Shown one piece after another: positions 62,101 to 64,000 of a stretch of DNA of 64,000 nt. A program made the position numbers and the translations under genes. The notes under the pieces are model-generated. The model was not told the DNA's origin and did no database searches. It saw only the letters and a list, made by a program, of their open reading frames with translations. The stretch lies in the NCBI GenBank assembly GCA_903813345.2, contig CAIIXF020000001.1:40548001-40612000 (forward strand), read 5' to 3'. Origin of the DNA: Owenia fusiformis (Eukaryota). Within the stretch, counting starts at the first letter, position 1. Each line of letters starts with the position of its first letter.

Positions 62101-62177
62101 GGATCATTCATGTTGAAACATGTTGAGTCTGAAGACATTGCTAGTCTCATAGCACTGGTGCCTAGATCATGGAACCT
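59114..62177 (-). CDS. 3' part (7 exons) of an uncharacterised cysteine-rich extracellular protein with C-terminal hydrophobic (GPI-signal or TM) tail; 5' exons not identified
   Basis: Exons 62057-62177, 61384-61621, 60937-61001, 60630-60710, 60224-60358, 59767-59870, 59114-59389 join in frame with GT-AG: …CEYPQWIHRKIW…MKC…TTGCVSKFQCIVIHRRNHHVLEV…CPLIGRF…WQCLAHWHHKKHQYFIV…LMVVTYLISVLIIIADLR*. Confidence 0.85.
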
Positions 62178-62179
62178 CT

Positions 62180-63135
62180 GGAATGGAGAAAGTACAAAGG
62201 TCATAGAATCTATGGAATAAAGTGTGCATAGATCATGGAATCTCTGGAACAGAATATCTAGAATAGAAAGGATGCATAGGTCGTGGAATTTCTGGAATAA
62301 AGATGGTACATAGGTCACATAATCTCTGGAATAGAGATGGTACATAGGTCACATAATCTCTGGAATAGAGATGGTACATAGGTCACATAATCTCTGGAAT
62401 AGAGATGGTACATAGGTCACATAATCTCTGGAATAGAGATGGTACATAGGTCACATAATCTCTGGAATAGAAATGGTACATAGGTCACATAATCTCTGGA
62501 ATAGAGATGGTACATAGGTCACATAATCTCTGGAATAGAGATGGTACATAGGTCACATAATCTCTGGAATAGAAATGGTACATAGGTCACATAATCTCTG
62601 GAATAGAGATGGTACATAGGTCACATAATCTCTGGAATAGAGATGGTACATAGGTCACATAATCTCTGGAATAGAAATGGTACATAGGTCACATAATCTC
62701 TGGAATAGAAATGGTACATAGGTCACATAATCTCTGGAATAGAGATGGTACATAGGTCACATAATCTCTGGAATGGACAGGGTGCCTAAATCATGAAGTC
62801 TAGAATAGAGATGGAGTATAGGTCACAGAATTTCTGGAATGGAGATGGTACATAGGTCACATAATCTCTGGAATAGAGATGGTACATAGGTCACATAATC
62901 TCTGGAATAGAAATGGTACATAGGTCACATAATCTCTGGAATAGAGATGGTACATAGGTCACATAATCTCTGGAATAGAAATGGTACATAGGTCACATAA
63001 TCTCTGGAATAGAGATGGTACATAGGTCACATAATCTCTGGAATGGACAGGGTGCCTAAATCATGAAGTCTAGAATAGAGATGGAGTATAGGTCACAGAA
63101 TTTCTGGAATGGAGAGGGTCACCGAATCTCTGAAA
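62180..63135. repeat. 34-bp intronic minisatellite with a higher-order duplication
   Basis: Unit tacataggtcacataatctctggaatagagatgg, ~20 near-perfect copies plus degenerate flanking units; a variant block (…ggacagggtgcctaaatcatgaagtctag…) occurs twice (~62775, ~63045). Confidence 0.95.
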
Positions 63136-63479
63136 TAAAAAGGGTACATTATGAGGCAAATAGGTCATAAGATCTCAGGAATAGAAGGAATAGAAAGGAT
63201 GTAAAGGTCAAGTGATCTCTGTAATTCAGAGAAGGAAACAAGTACCGAAGTCATTGACATTCCTAGAATATAGTTCATCTAGGTCATGGGCTACCTGAAA
63301 TATAGCAACTTGAATCTAGATTATAGAATAATTACAATAGAGAGTGTTTCTGTTATCTAGGTCACGGCTTGCATCAAAAAAGGTAAAACAAAACATGACA
63401 CTTAAAAATGATATACAGTGTACAGTGTGTGTATATTTGAAATCACAAGCACAACCATCTGATGCATGTTATATATATA

Positions 63480-63652
63480 ACAAGGCATTGACATGCAAAA
63501 TATCACCACCTGCCATTTGTTACAAATGCTAAACACCAACTGCCGTTTGCTGGCAATCAAACACGAACCGCCAAATGCTGACCACAGAACACCATCCAAA
63601 AAAAGGTTGGAGACAAAAACAATATGTCACAACTTCTGGTGGTGACATAATA
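63480..63652 (-). mobile_element. Short satellite-free copy of the 45190-47460 Helentron-like family (a further partial copy at ~60400-60510)
   Basis: Reverse complement begins ttattatgtcaccaccagaagttgtgacatattg and ends ggtggtgatattttgcatgtcaatgccttgtt, matching both termini of the long copy. Confidence 0.75.
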
Positions 63653-64000
63653 ATCATGGACATTCAAATGAATCTGATATAGATATCTTAAAACATTCTT
63701 ATAGTAAAGGACAAGAATACCAATAATGACCAATTAAAACAACAAGCATTACATGCAACAATAACAAATATAGATTGTAACAGCAAATTGCTTAACCAAA
63801 CATTAAAAAGATGTCACTTCTATGAGCACATTCACAATTAAAAACAGCAATATAAATATCATAAATTCTTATGAGCTGTTTGATTTGCAGACTTGTAATA
63901 AAGCATAAACTAGCATTGTAATGTGTTATAAGATCCAATATCTACACGATAAAACTACTAACTCAATTGTCTCTAGATTATCTAACTCCTCGCGAGATGA

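Noticed and set aside
62320..63110. 34-bp repeat array as a CRISPR array
   Set aside because: Units are head-to-tail with no unique spacers, there are no cas genes, and the context is a eukaryotic intron.

Overview
AT-rich animal genomic DNA, probably a marine invertebrate (spiralian-like repeat families; the species cannot be determined from sequence). It is not prokaryotic, and most short ORFs in the track are noise. Spliced genes reconstructed by hand with phase-consistent GT-AG junctions: EIF2S1/eIF2-alpha (+, 11500-16871), IFT52 (-, 22516-28043) head-to-head with CFAP95/C9orf135 (+, 28616-31057), and the 3' seven exons of a cysteine-rich surface protein (-, 59114-62177). Single-exon CDSs: a single-pass membrane protein with a KCNE/MinK-like TM signature (-, 34661-35488), divergent from a GPR161-like class A GPCR (+, 40508-41872). 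A complete, apparently very young Ty3/Gypsy LTR retrotransposon (47961-57831) has 1216-bp LTRs, a TAAA TSD, a tRNA-Leu-type PBS and a -1 frameshift signal. Its Gag has RGG/YS repeats instead of a zinc knuckle, and its leader has a hairpin array. Many non-autonomous DNA transposons, Helentron-like satellite carriers and a truncated LINE are present. Best leads: the KCNE-like gene beside the GPCR, the zinc-knuckle-less RGG Gag with its leader hairpins, an inverted pair of promoter/mini-exon/splice-donor modules upstream of EIF2S1, and a minisatellite made of amplified splice-acceptor junctions. All homology calls rest on recalled motifs, not database searches.
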